63,571 nt of DNA, filler included, from Bipalium vagum (GCA_037834085.1; 3 parts of 3 records of this genome joined end to end with filler, not necessarily neighbours in it); one strand, 5' to 3'. Shown: positions 14,600-28,839, numbered from the whole stretch's first letter. The notes: a model not told the origin generated them from the letters alone. Made by a program: numbers and translations.

Positions 14600-15370
14600 A
14601 ATTGTATCTCTTAAAATACGTTTATGACAAAGTTTTTATAATATTGATGTTCGATAATCCAAAACAACCTGACTCTGTACAATAATAGTTGGGATAATCA
14701 ATAAAGATTAGTCATCCAACAACGTGTATTTATATCACAATAGAATGGTAATTCATAAACACCCAAGTAATAATGATATTAAGGAACAAATTGTCAATTA
14801 ACACAAGCGATAACAGTGATATCAATAAAGACACTATTCACGAATGCTCATACCGTACTTATTAGTTATTTTTCAAAAATCATATTACAATAAGTAATCT
14901 ATAACACAAAAAACTGAAGAACAAACAATCAAATGCCTATTTATATTACTTAAAGACAAACAGGAAGAAAATGATACTCTCATTTAGATTAGTCCTGTTC
15001 AGATTCTCGTACTATTAGCTGAGCCCTTATGATTTACTCAGAAATAGACTGCTGATGGGAAATCTGAAAAGAATCCTGTTCCAGAATTTTAAAAGTTCAA
15101 ATTTAATTCGATACTTTGTGTCAATAAAATACTTCTGGAATTTGTTAACTCCAAATATAGCTCTTGTGACAAATCTTCGATCAACAAAAATTTTAGACTT
15201 AAATTTCTAAATAATTTATTAATCTGAATCTCGCTATTGAATTGTGGAGAGGTTATTTCTTAATTTTTTTTCTTAAATTTTTGAACTAGTTGATTTATTC
15301 AAATTTTCTTTAATTCAAAGTTATAACGGGAGTAACAAAAATTTTGAGACATGAGCGCTCATTTTAAAAC
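14600..15370 (-). mobile_element. Gypsy-like pol (RNase H region) remnant
   Basis: IDRRFVTRAIFGVNKFQKYF resembles RNase H IEKEALAIIFGVKKFHKYL; heavily decayed. Confidence 0.35.
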
Positions 15371-15771
15371 ATTTTCGGACATGCTTCAATATCGCGGTAT
15401 TTGTTTTAACCAATTAATATTGTTTATATTTTATTAATGAATGTATTTTCGTTTCTTTCATTATTTGAAATGACTTCAAATTTAAGATTAAGAAAAGGTA
15501 TACATCAATTGGTTGGAAGCATGCTTAAACGCCTTAATTTTACTTCAGTTTCTATCGGAAGTATAGAAACTATTTTCAAGTGAGCTAGAAAGAACTTAAT
15601 GTTTATTTCCTTATCTCTGAGATTTCCAAAGTAATTGAAATTTTGTTTCCTTCAATCTTAGAAAGATTAAAAATCCCAATACCATTACAAAAATCTTGTA
15701 CTTTGAATCTTCAGTAATCATTTTGGTAAAAAATATATATGACCCATGAAATGTGGAAAATATTTTAGACT

Positions 15772-15790
15772 AATAATAGTTAATGATATA

Positions 15791-15855
<65 letters not shown>
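15772..15855. repeat. (AAT)n microsatellite running into gap
   Basis: Long AAT run ending at contig edge. Confidence 0.95.
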
Positions 15856-15955
15856 NNNNNNNNNNNNNNNNNNNNNNNNNNNNNNNNNNNNNNNNNNNNT
15901 TAATTAATTAANNNNNNNNNNNNNNNNNNNNNNNNNNNNNNNNNNNNNNNNNNNN
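15856..15955. other. Artificial scaffold linker N44-TTAATTAATTAA-N44
   Basis: Exactly 100 nt with a six-frame-stop spacer; identical structure at 46808-46907. Confidence 0.95.
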
Positions 15956-16199
15956 TATAAAAACTTATCTTGGTGTGTAAATTGTAAATATGACTGTCAA
16001 AATATAATATATCATTTTATTTCATGAAACTGCTAAGTGATCATAAACTTTTGGCGGGGACTGTATATATATAATGAAGGTCAAATTTTAATATTTCAAG
16101 TAACTCATGACAACATACAAATAATTAGCAATAAAGTCAATATGGAGTTGGGATTTGACGAGGGATTTATCAAAATGACTAGGTATTTATCGGTAAGTG

Positions 16200-16830
16200 T
16201 TTCTAAGATTTCTCGAACAATCCTTTCCGGATCTTCTAAATGTTATTGATATTTTTTCTTCACAGATCTAATCATTTATTTTTCATAATTTTTTTCAATC
16301 TAAATTTTTTTGTGGTCAGTCTGAAACACTTTAGCGAGTTAAAATGAAACACTCGTATTAATTTCGACCTATGATACATTTACTCATCTTGTTGAAACAC
16401 GAATCCTTTTGGATGCAGAACTACCATGCTAAGAAGTACTTCTATAAGTATCAAACTATGCTTTCTTCTGAATTACTGTGGAAAAAATTTTGATGTCTTA
16501 CTGTAATAGCCGAATTGATGCAAATAATCAAGAACTGTCCTTTCAGACACCAGTTTACTTCATCTATGTTCTATTTCACAACAAAATGAAATATCGTGAT
16601 TGCTGATCAATGAGGTCAGCCTTCGTATTTCGTTGGGTTTCAGAAATCGAGGACAATCACTTCCTACTCGTTGTCCTAAGGAACGTACTTCAAGAAATTT
16701 CTTCACATTCCAGCAGACAGGTTTGCTCAGGTATATGTGTTAATTCAACAAATTTCTTGATCTCCTAGGTACCTTGTTGGTAAAGAATTTTGAGTTTCAT
16801 TAGAACAGATTTCATTTCTAATATTACTTT
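16200..16830 (-). mobile_element. Tc1-like transposase remnant
   Basis: NVKKFLEVRSLGQRVGSDCPR (cf. ETGS...GSGRPR), VSERTVLDYLHQFGY and FVFQQD motifs in the expected order, with frameshifts. Confidence 0.65.
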
Positions 16831-17879
16831 CAAAGAGTAATCATTTATCATTAAGTCATTAATGTGATAATTAGTAACTAGACAATAGAATTTCTTGAAG
16901 TTCAATAATCAAAAACGATGATCCAAAATATCATCTTTGAGTCAAGAAAATTTAATTTTAAACAAAAATTAATAGCGGCATATTTTTTCAGTATAACTAA
17001 ATATATAAATAAAAAATAAAATTATATATTATATTCAGAAGATTTTCAAGTCACAAGTAAGCTGGCTTGTATTAAATTACAATCAAAAAGTTCCTAATGG
17101 TATTTCAAAAAAGTCTTGTTCTGATAGTTCAGTTCCAATTTCTCGACCGTTAGAAAATACTCAAGACAAAATTTTTTTATGTCGACGATGTGTCTAGAAA
17201 TAATATAAATAATAATACCTGTATATTATATTAATAATAATAGTTTTATAATTTTCATGAAATAATACTACTAATAATAATGATAATAAATTTTTTATAA
17301 TATTCATGAATTTTGTGATCCAATATGAATTTTATTTGAGTTTTCGATGTGAAAATAAGTTATAATTATTTTTTCAAAAAGTCCAGGATTCAAAAAAGTG
17401 TGATGACAAAATCCTTAAATGATAAAAAAATCTCTTAAGAAGGTTTTCACATATATTGGAACCTTTTAATAAAGATTGTTTTTTAACTTTTTATTAACAA
17501 AACTTATTCAAAGACTTCGATTTTATTATTCTACAATCACAGAAATCGAAATTCTACGACAATAACACTGAATTGGATAAAAGACATACTTTTAAATACC
17601 AATAATAATTCGTTCCACAATAAAATTTTTTAATTTATTAATCGTTTTGTTCACAAACAAATTTAATATCAATAATTTATTAATAATTCAGGTAAAAAGA
17701 AACCACAGATTCTTAAGGAGATTCACCCTTTAAAGACGTTACAGGAGTCTTTAAAGCATTTTTCCAACAAGAAATTATTTAGATATTTGAAGAGGTCTGG
17801 GGCGAGAGAGAAAAAATTAGATGAAACATTCTTCTGAATTTTGTGGATTTTCAAAAAGAATTTTTAACTTAATTGGTTC

Positions 17880-18420
17880 TCATTAATTAAGCTTCCGTTG
17901 TGAATCAGTTCCACTCTATAGCACAAAAAAGTTACCCTAACATTTTTCTCATGAAATTTTGATTTTGGAAAGTCTTTCAAATATTTATCATGATCTAAGA
18001 ACTAAGCGAGTGATCGATTCAATCGAGTGAAGATACAATTCTTTATACCATCTCATCATATGTTAGACAAATATAGTTTCTGCTAAGCTGAAGAAGCAAC
18101 AATAATACTTCATGACAGGCGACTTATTTGTTTGATTTTCAAAATGTTTTGTTTAGATTTATCGGATGATTTGGGACTAATTGGTAAATAATTTCTCTAA
18201 TCGTTGTATGATGGTTGGCGTTCAATTTATCAATGGTTTTAATTTAATATTGTCAACTTCTGAAATACCAACCACTAAGCACACCATCTAAGTTTCATGA
18301 ACTTCCCTTCCATAGGAGTTTCAAGAACTTCCCTTCTCTAGAAGTTTCAAGCAAAAATAATTTCTTTATAAAGTAAGCTGCTACTGATTCTTTCCAGCCT
18401 TTTATATTCATATAAAAAAT
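17880..18420 (-). mobile_element. Possible P-element/THAP9-like transposase remnant
   Basis: GWKESVAAYFI (cf. WKQPVAYFF) followed by PNHP and ACHE...QLSRN (cf. DACHMLKLARN). Very decayed. Confidence 0.35.
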
Positions 18421-20597
18421 AATTTTACAATTATTTATTTCTTATTAATTAACAAACCATAACTCAATAATACACCCAACAGCTAATATTAAAGTTATGA
18501 GAGAAAAAAACAATTTAAAGTGACATGAAATGTTTTTAAAATTACTAAATAAATATATTTAACAAATAAACACTTAAATATATTAAAAACCCATAACTAT
18601 TTGATCAACATTTAAATCATTTAAGAAATGTAATCATTAGGTGGCTGAATTAATTCGATCAATTTTTGTCAATTAATTATTGATTATATTTAAACATAAA
18701 TAATACTAGCAATAACTTCAATTTAATTTTTTTAGTTTATAAATAGTTTAATAGTTTGGAAATAAGCATTTGTAATTGTATTAATAACAAAACATCCTGT
18801 TGAAATCATTTTGAAAGGTGAGTCGTTTTTTCGTAAAGGATTCCAACTCCCAGTCAGATAGAAAAATTAATAGAAAACGATGGAAATACTTTGATTAGTC
18901 TATTTTTTTTCATAAGGAATTTTTGTGTTCTGAAATGGTCTAAATGAAATTTATTATTTTTAAAATAATATTTTTTTTCTTAGAGCTCTTTTTCCTTAAT
19001 ATTAAATTACAATAAAATGAATATACGAGTATTGTACAATATTTAGTATTTTCTTTTCATGTTTTGTTGATGATTAAAAATTAATGAGAAATGAGTAAAA
19101 ATGGACTAAACAAAATTAATTTTGATTTTCAATTGATTAAAAAAAATAGAATATATTCTAATAATTCCAAGATTCATAAACTCAGAGGACGAGACACCGC
19201 TCAGATAAAATTCTCAAAAAATAGTCAACAATGATTTTGAATTCATGCCACAATTGAAAAATTGATATTTTGTACTTATTTATTGATATTTGATAATAAA
19301 ACTGAAAATATTATATAATTATTTTAAATCTTTAATTTCTCTCATTGTACAGATGTAATTATTCTTCTTTAGATTTTCCATATTTTATCTGCGTTCGCCT
19401 TAAAAAGAAAAACTGATCAAACAAAACATTTTAAAATTAAATTAGAAAAACAACTGATTGTATTGATATATTGATAATGTATATTATTTAATCGACTGAA
19501 TGCCCATTTAGAATTTTATTGATAAAATCGTTTCAGCGAACTTTATTTTCAAATTTTTTTAAAGATTATGTTAATACAAAAGTAAGCTTTTACTGAGTTA
19601 AGTATTCCTTGTCGGTGATGTTAACATAAATTTTTTTAGTATGAAAGTTGATATTACTTATTTCTCATAAAAAATTGAATATATAAATAATTTTTAATTA
19701 TCAAACCATGAAATCCACATTTATGTTAATATTTTACATTTGTAAAATACATTTTAATTCTGTAACATTATCAGTTAATGTCACTATACATTTTCTCTTC
19801 ATTAAACTATATTATTTAAGTACTGTGGAGATTTCCAAACTGTGAAAAAGACAATTAACAATTGATATCATTTTGTTATACATTTATCCATTTGTACATA
19901 AATATTTTATAAATTGCTATTTTATTATATAATTGGAACAATTCGGAAAAGATAAAATTATAAAAGGTAGAATTAAGTAATTATCAGTTTTAATATTGTT
20001 CCTTGTTTCTCCTTTTTGAGTTCTTCATATCAAGTAGGACAAGAGAAACGAATTCTTTACTGAGAGCCCTCGAGAGAATGATACTGAATGGTGGTCTTTT
20101 TTTCTTATCTTCCTTTTAATCACTTATTTGGATTATTTCTTAAATAAAAACATTGTTTAATGTATATAAATTATGTGAGCTCACGTGATATTTTAAATTG
20201 TTAAAGGATTTGATAAAAAATATATTTTAGTAAAAAGCGAGTTTCTTCGTCATTATATACATTTATCAAAAGCTTAAAATATATTGGTCAATTTGATTCA
20301 AAGCTTTCACTTTTTATTGATTTATTGTTTAATATTTGTTATTTTGAATTTACTTTAAATATCGGTTTAAAAATTTTAACCTTCTACAACGTTACATACA
20401 AATACTTCTGATAATTATTCTCTTTTTTGTGTTACGTACAACCACAATGAAGTGCAAGCAAGGTACTTCACTTATAAAACGCAAATAAGATTATTTTAAA
20501 CCATTCATTATTTTTATCACAAAATATTATTTCTTTATATAACATTAATTAGAAATTTCCTTTTTTTATAAAATAATAAAGTTAAAAACGAAATTAC

Positions 20598-20727
20598 CTT
20601 TGCATTGCAATCCTTGGCGAATGAGACCAAATAATAATGATCCACAATGATCACAAAAGGTAGGCCATTTGTAATTATGAGGATGAAAATGGTGAGGCAC
20701 ATTGATACTGAACCTTGCCATTTGATT
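20598..20727 (-). CDS. PRKCE: Novel PKC coding exon 5: first part of C1B zinc finger (gene continues 3', not seen)
   Basis: Acceptor TTTTTAAG|; 130 nt: [43 protein letters not shown], cf. [39 protein letters not shown]. Phase-1 donor AAAG|GTAATT. Confidence 0.95.
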
Positions 20728-20999
20728 CTTAAAAATAATTTTTGTTGAAAAAATAAACATAAAATGTCTGATGTGACATAATTGGTTTCTTTACACTTAA
20801 ACGGTGCTTTATTTTTATACAAGTAAGAAAAATTAATTAACTTTAAAATTATTTAAGAAACACATAAATTTATTTAAAGTTTCGTTAATTAAAATTTAAT
20901 TAATTAATTAAAATTTAATAACGACAATTTTTATAAGTTATTTTTCCTGGGACTACTTTTTACTCATCCACGGATTCGAAAATAATTATAAAAAAAAAA

Positions 21000-21530
21000 T
21001 TTGCATCCGTTCTTCTTTACAAAAAAAACCACATAAACAATAAAATGAATTAATATCCCCTGGATTTGACTTTTGTCAACAGCTGTGCTATACCGGTGAA
21101 ATAGGTTCCTCACCATTAACTTCAATAAAACTCGATATTTGCTAAAAAAGCCATTTGTGTTTTCATTAAATTCCACAAACATTAGACAGGTATGGAAACT
21201 AAATAATGTACATAGATTGGGTTTAATATTTTTCCCATCTGATGATAAACAGTATTAATCAGCCGGATGCTGAACACATCGCGGTGACAAATTCACCAAG
21301 GTTTCCTTTATCTTTCACCATGCTTCTCTCTGACTGCAAATATAAATACACAGCCAATTTTTCTTCCCATTTCTTATTTATGAAATTAACCAAATTTCGA
21401 TCTCATTAAGCTGCCAGTTTTTATGGTGTTTTCACAACCATTTATCAAAGGTGACCGTTATGAGCGTGAGTGTACATTGCCAATCTGAAAACAATCAAGG
21501 AATCCCAGGACAAATTCATTAAAATGATTT
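21000..21530 (-). mobile_element. pogo/Tigger-like DDE remnant
   Basis: GEFVTAMCSASG resembles the RGxLVTx(CC)SAxG segment of DDE_1 transposases. Confidence 0.3.
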
Positions 21531-21877
21531 CATCGAAATTTTCACAGGAAAGGTCTTTTTCATTTAATTATTTCTAAATTTATTAAAAACAGTGCCTGCG
21601 AAACTTTATGAAAACATAAGTAGACTCCTAAAGAAAAAATAATTTCTAAACCGTTAGTGTCATTATAGATTAATAAACAGGAACCCTGTTAATGATATTA
21701 AGCAAATTAACTGCATATTTTAAGATATTTTACATGAGAAAATAGGCAAAAAATCGAAAAATTATTTCAAAATATTGAACATTATTGATGTTTTAATTTA
21801 TCGTCATGAAATAAAAATAAAAAGGCTTATAATTCATTTAGAAATTTCAATAAAAAGACTTCGATTTCGTCATTAAT

Positions 21878-22047
21878 NNNNNNNNNNNNNNNNNNNNNNN
21901 NNNNNNNNNNNNNNNNNNNNNNNNNNNNNNNNNNNNNNNNNNNNNNNNNNNNNNNNNNNNNNNNNNNNNNNNNNNNNNNNNNNNNNNNNNNNNNNNNNNN
22001 NNNNNNNNNNNNNNNNNNNNNNNNNNNNNNNNNNNNNNNNNNNNNNN
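21878..22047. other. Assembly gap (170 N)
   Basis: N run. Confidence 1.
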
Positions 22048-25000
22048 ATTTAGTATTTAATATTTATTATTTACTATTTATTATTTACTATTTATTATTT
22101 AATATTTATTATTTAAAATTTATTATTAAACTTAAATAAATAAAAAAAAGAAAAAACTTTCAAAAATAATTAGTTTTCAATTATTAAAATGTATTGATTT
22201 ATTTTTATTTTACAATATATTTATTTAATTATTGATTTAATTAAATTCTATATTCAATATTTTACATTATACTTATAATAATAAATGTACGAAAAATTTT
22301 TTTTATTAATTAATTTTTAAATATTATAGTTATTCTAATTTTTAAAATTTTTCGTTAACATCCACTTTTTCATATTATCATTGTTATTTATATTATTTAT
22401 GAACTAAAATTAAACAATCCAAAGATTTTTCGACAATATTTTCTTACAATAATAATATTTATAAAATATATAATTTGTGATTAATCTGAAAATAGTAGGA
22501 AAATTATTAATTTTGTTATTGAAATCATTGATACAATCACACACAGCCCTGCATCAGCAGTTTCGAAATAAATAAAATGATAAAAATTGACGCTATAATA
22601 ACAGAAAAAATATTTTCAATATTATCCAGCTAATAACATCAAATATTACAAAACTTTATTTTGATATAATAATTCAGCAATATAAATGTAGATTGATCTG
22701 AGAATGTAATGTGTACAGAGTTGCTACAAACTCAATTAAAAATACAAATAGTTATAATTCCTCAGGGAAATGTAAGCAGTTCACGGATACATTGATAAAT
22801 CTACTTCCTATTATGAACTACGTACATTTTTACAGAAATAATTTCCATATAAATATTAAATGAGAATAAAACGTCTGAGTAATTTAAGCGATTATTATGA
22901 TTTTACTAATATTTTTCGACAATAATTTAACGACTGCAACCTTCGTAAAACAATATAATTCGCTAAGTATAAAAACTTATACTAATTGTCGAATAAAATA
23001 ATTTGTAAAATAATATTAGTTTTACCATCCACCAATAAATGAATATTTTCCATTATTAAGCTGAATAATCCGTGTTTTTGGTTATTAATTCAAAAATTAT
23101 GTAAAACTTAAAAAAGAAGGTACTATTTCAGAATTTCAAAAGCCTTAATACCATGGAACTAATATTTATTATCACAACAAAAATATGATCATTATGAATA
23201 TATCACCGTTAGCATTATATTATATTATATTGTGGAGCATCCCGAAATAAAAATATTTAGTTGTGATCTGTAATAAACATTTATCGTGATTTTTAATTGA
23301 TTTTTTATGTAAAAATTTTAAATGTCGAAATAGCACTTTTTTCTAATAATAATAATAATAATAATTATTATTATTATTATTGTTATTATCTTTGTTAAGA
23401 ATTACAAAGAAAAAATATTATTAATACTTTTAATTTACTATTTATAGTAAAATATAAAATAAAATATTAATGGTTTCTAAAAATACAAAACAAAAAGAAA
23501 TAAATTATATTTTAGGAAAATTAGAATATACTATTAATAATATATATTAAAATAAAGACATAAAAGGTAGATAAAGTCAAAAACAAAACAAACAAAAACA
23601 AGAAGAAAAACAGAACGCAGCGATATTTGTTTGAACAAAAACCCACACAGAAATTTGAAAAAACAGCTTATTGCAAGAGTGGGCCAGTTTGAAAATTTGC
23701 ATATATATATTCGCTACAGAGTAAACCAAAAGAACACAAAAAACTAAAACCAAAACTAAAAGCAAGAAAGATAATATTACGCAGATCAATATCAGTACAA
23801 AAACATATCAGTAAATATTATTATTGTCTCTTTTCATTACTATTTTTATTATTACACATATTCTGTTCGATTTAATCAAAATTAATCAGAAGTATGATAA
23901 TTAATTCAAATAAAGTAATTTAACAAATTTTAAGCAATTTTAACCGATTGACTTAAACTCCAAAATCACTGATCTTAAAATTAAATACTTGATTCTTAGT
24001 CGAGGATCATATAAATTTTTATTGTTCTTCTTATTTTCCCGTTTTTTTCGAGTTTGCATAGTTGCTAGCTGGTAAACTTCTGAAGACTTTAGCACACTAG
24101 ACTAAGTCTGTGTCTAAAGATATCTTTGATCGACAGTTAATATCTTTTAAAATTTGTACCCTAAACCATTGTAAAAGAAATTTATCAATAAAGATTTTAT
24201 TAAACAATTGTTCAGTCGTTTTCAATTTGTTTATTTTTGCATTGTGACAATAATTTTCAGTTTTGTGCTTAGAACGTTCATTCGTAAACCCTTCTGATAT
24301 TTAAAATTTTGTTAAGTAACCTAAACGCCCAGTTTTCGATCTTCTTAACAATATTAGAAATATGTTTATGATACTTGTTGTGGAGCGTTATAAGTGCACC
24401 GAGTTTAAAATTAAATTGTTTTATCCTTAAAATCAATTGCGGTGTTTAAAAAAGTTTTCCGTTGTCATTTTGGGACATTCTTAAAGCTATTCAATTTTGT
24501 TAAAATCTCAAATGGATACAAAATTCTTATTTCTCAATTTAAGAATTTTTTACCATAAAATAGTGAAGCTTTCGAAAAAATTTATTTCTTTATTCAATGA
24601 TTATACAAAAGATATTCGATTTTTCTCCAATGCCGGTACCTTAAAAGGACAAAATAGCGACGAAACGAAAAAAATTGGCGAAAAATAGTTTATCAGGCTA
24701 GAAGCACGGTAACTAAAGGAAAACACATAACAAAATATAACTTTTATATTTTTTGTATTATTTTCTTGATTGTTATCAGGAAAATTCAATAACACCCAAT
24801 TTGCTGCAACAAGTTTTTAAAATTCTTTTTTTCTGGACGACAATTCTGTTGGCATATCATTGATAAATGTTTCAATGTCACTTTCATCACCATTAACATC
24901 ACATTTTAATAATCTACAACTTCTTCATCATCCATATTATAATTATCATTTTGAAATGCCTTCTCATGGAGATGTAACCAACTTTCAAAAATATGTCAAT

Positions 25001-25259
25001 GTTATGTTTTTCAAAATCCGTAATTACTTTTTCCGGTGCCATGTAATTCAATTATTTTTCTTCTTCAAACAATTCCTGGCATATTTTATCTTTAATTTCC
25101 AACTTGATTATTCCTGTATTCTTGCAACAATTTTTTATAATTATTTCTCCAATTTCCTCCAATTACATGTGAATTCATTTAACACATTCCTTTATAGTCA
25201 CTTTGTTTTCATTTTTTGTTTCATAATTACGTAAAAGATATTGACATACAGTTGTAGAC

Positions 25260-25790
25260 TAATGTATAATTTGTTGGGATAAAAAGATTTTACCGTTACG
25301 CTAGATAATTCTTTCAAGAGACTTGATGCATTATCCATAATTAAAATTATTTTCCTACCATAATATAGTTCTTCTGGCCAACTATTAAAAACAATTGGTG
25401 TCATCCATATTTTTTATTATTTATATTATCAGCATAGGTAAATATTCTAAATAATTTAAATTCTCCAGGATATTTTTGAAAATCCTAAGGTTATAGGAAG
25501 TTTATTATACCCTGTTGCACTATAACACATGAAGAGTCACTATTTTTTCGACTTTTATGTATTTGGACATTTGGATTTCATGAAACACGTTTTGTTTGAC
25601 CTCAAATAAAGAGGGGCGTACTGGTCAATTTTATAAACATCCTCAGGTTTATATACTTTTAACATATCAAAGAGTCAATCTTTTATGTCCTTGTCATTGT
25701 TGCAGCATCATCGTGTAAATTATTATCTTTTATCAAATGTCTTATACTGAAATCTTTTAAACGACCGAAGTAGTATAATCTATTCTTAAA
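25260..25790 (-). mobile_element. Tigger/pogo (CENP-B-like DDE_1) transposase remnant
   Basis: EDVYKID (cf. DIFNxDET), WMTPIVFNSW...RKIILIMDNASS...VTVKSFYPN. Confidence 0.75.
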
Positions 25791-25799
25791 TAAGCATGA

Positions 25800-27104
25800 A
25801 TAAATAAATAAATAATTTTATCGAAAAATAGAATACACATTGTGAAATTGATTGAAAATTGGTCGGGATATGTAGCTCATTGGTCAGAGCAGTCCACTTT
25901 CGGGGTCGGATTTCTTGGATCATGGATGAAGCACCAAGAAAAAATACTCAAAAGTCATCAATGCTCAAAGCGGAAGATAACAGAAATGGGCAAATTCAGT
26001 GTTTCTTCAAACATCAAGTGGAGTGCAGCTCAATGGAAATTTCATCGGGATATTTGGAAAACATCAATGAATTTCTCAGAAATGAAAGACTATGCTGATG
26101 AATACAATCCTGGCTACCCAATATCCGACAACTTTGACGAAGAGAATGATCTTGATAAATGTAACTATGACTTTATAAGAAAAACTTTAAAAAATTGTTG
26201 AAACTAAAGGTGCCATTGAGGTGAGAATAAACTACCGGACACGAGAGAAAACGTTTTACTGTCAATCTATGTGTTCTCAAAGATGGTACTAAAATTCAGC
26301 CTTTTGTTATTTTGGACAGAAAGACTCTTCCGAAAATTAGCATCCCTGAATCAAAGCTTTTCGTTACAGATCAGGTTGGGTGAATCACTAAACACTTGAG
26401 ATTTGACTCAAGAAATTATGGAAGAATCGAATCACATTGTCTCCAAAAACACCATGAAATCAGGATCGAAGAGTACCGTCATTGCTTTTATTTGATATAT
26501 ATCGCTCACATCTCATCACAAATACACTCGATAAAATTAAGAGTCAAAAGTGGCTATCAACCCGACTGGATTGCTTTAAATGAGCAATCATTGGATCTTA
26601 CTGTTAACCGTCGTTAAAATCAAAATTGCGTAAGACGTGGAAGGACTGGATCATCAATGACAATAAGAACATCAAACATACTAAATCAAGAAATATGGAT
26701 GTCGCAAATTGGGATAGTATTTTTGAATTGATTGTTTCATCCTGGAAGGAAGTTAACCTTTCAACGACATTAAATTGCTTTTGTGTTTCTGTCGGTGAAG
26801 ATTATGACATTCTTGAAAGTGAGGAAAATGAAATGGACATTACCGAATCTTGTCGAAACATTGAAGATGTTCCTGAACTTATTGAATTACTGGAAAATTC
26901 ACTATAGTTAATGATGAAATTTGTGATGGTTTTGAAGATTGTGATTTGTATATAAATAAATAAAGTTGTCTTTTAATTAAATTGTATTAATTGTCAAGTA
27001 TTAATTATTTTCGGACGTCTGGTTTCTAATCGTATAAGCCGCACTTGGTATTAACTGCAGCTGAAAAAATTCAGTTTCGGACGTAATACTCTGGATTTCC
27101 AGTA
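25800..27104 (+). mobile_element. Tc2/pogo-family DNA transposon with disrupted transposase
   Basis: TTGHERKRFTVNLCVLKDGTKIQPFVILDRKTLPK, QSLDLTVNRR (cf. QPLDVSVNKP), LRKTWKDW...IVSSWKEV, acidic tail. 3' subterminal TATAAGCCGCAC and a degenerate TIR end near 27104. Confidence 0.85.
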
Positions 27105-27853
27105 ATTTATATTCTATTGAAAAAATATGTTGAAAGACCTGACATTTGAATAAAAATTATTATTAATAAAAACTATTTTTCTAAAAAATAAATAAATTGT
27201 TATAACTCCAAGCTCGTTCGTTAATCCAAGCTTTATTCGTTAATCTAATTTATTACAAATTTCTAAAAATAAAAAATTTTAAAAATACTAAGATAATCTT
27301 CTTTAAGATGGTAAATAAAAAACTTTCAACAACAAAATTAGAGCTTATCGATAATATAATTCTTTTATGAGAGTTCATATTGATTAATCTCAAAATGATT
27401 TGTTAATTTCTTGTGATTTCTTCAGTCAACTTTTTAACCAGGTCAATTAAAGCGTATTTATTTGAAAATATTTGTTCAAAAAAACTGAAATTCTCAAAAA
27501 CAAACTCTAGGAATACACACATTCAAACACGCTCGGAACAGAGAATAAGAAAGCATCGGAATGACGCCCACCTACCAACAGACACAAAACGCGTATGTCT
27601 ATAGGTTATATGGATTTATTTACATGAAAATAAATTTCAAGAGAATTTATTTTTCAAATTAAAGACTTAGATTTCATTATTACGTTAAAAGTAAACATTA
27701 AGTCATATCAATTTTGTATGAAATCTTTCTCTGTTTGATGACACTGGAAGTAGATGAACTTAAATTTCCAAAGGGTTTAGAAAATGAAAAGAGAAAATAA
27801 CATCATCAATGATTATTTTTTAATAAATAACTTTTATTACAAACTGCTTTGAA

Positions 27854-28146
27854 TATATTTTGATTTAAGATCTCTGAGAGGTTTTATAAATTTTATTAGC
27901 AAGTATTAATTTAAATGAAACATTTTTAATTTTATTGTTAGATTCTTTTTTAAAAAATTGTTTAAATTAATAGGAAATTATTTTTTATATTTTTTGATTA
28001 TATTTTTATTAATTATATTTTTTTATATTTTGATTTAAGATCTCTGAGAGGTTTTATAATATTTATTAGCAAATATTAATTTAAATGAAACATTTATAAT
28101 TTAATTGTTAGATTCTTTTTTTATTTTGTTTAAATTAATAGGAAAT
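27854..28146. repeat. Local tandem duplication, 170-bp period
   Basis: TGATTTAAGATCTCTGAGAGGTTTTATAA... at 27861 and 28031; similarity extends ~120 bp. Confidence 0.9.
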
Positions 28147-28839
28147 CATTTATTATTATCATTTGAAATATATTTTATTAATTATTCTTATATTTATAAT
28201 TTAGATAATATTTGAAGACGAATATTCCATTAAATTCAATAATTTATGAACATCTGCTTGTAAATATAAAATTATCTTTTTGTTCCCAAAAACTTCAATG
28301 AAATAAATCATTTAATGATAGGGCAATATTATCAAACCCCAAATGTAGTACTCAAAAATAATTACTCAATCAATAGACTTCTGAAATTGATATATTTAGA
28401 TAAAAATGATTCCATAAGTTTTTATCAGTTACCATAATTACTTGGTAACTTTGTCAATTTGCACAGTGGATAAATAAAACTTTTAAAACTCTTTTGCAAA
28501 CAACAATTTTATAAAAGATAATTAACAATTAGTGAACTTCTTCACTGATATATTTGACTTGAAACGTTTTTCAAGCACAATATCGAAATTAAACAGTTTT
28601 CGATCTTGTTTTATCTCAGATTATTTCTCCTCAAGATTCACATTTTCTTCACAATTCTAGGTTAAATAAAACAAAATTCACATTTGATTATTATATACTC
28701 AAATTGATTTCCCATTATTCGCAAATACTAACAGATTTTATTTGACATGGAAAAGATTAATACAAGTTTTGAACGGTGTGAAATTAAGTTTATATTCTTC
28801 ATTTATAAGATCTGATAGTGGTTCAAGAAGGAATTTTGT

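Noticed and set aside
15856-15955. Palindromic TTAATTAATTAA island inside Ns (again at 46808-46907)
   Set aside because: Identical N44-12-N44 construct with stops in all frames: a scaffolding artefact.
19200-19260. Minus-strand FNCGMNSKSLL resembling the end of PKC C1B
   Set aside because: No upstream CxxxVHxxC, no suitable acceptor, and an in-frame stop follows.
25865-25925. tRNA/SINE-like GGGATATGTAGCTCATTGGTCAGAGC with GCTC/GAGC D-stem
   Set aside because: No anticodon, T or acceptor stems. It lies in the pogo transposase N-terminus (FGV...WMKHQEK).
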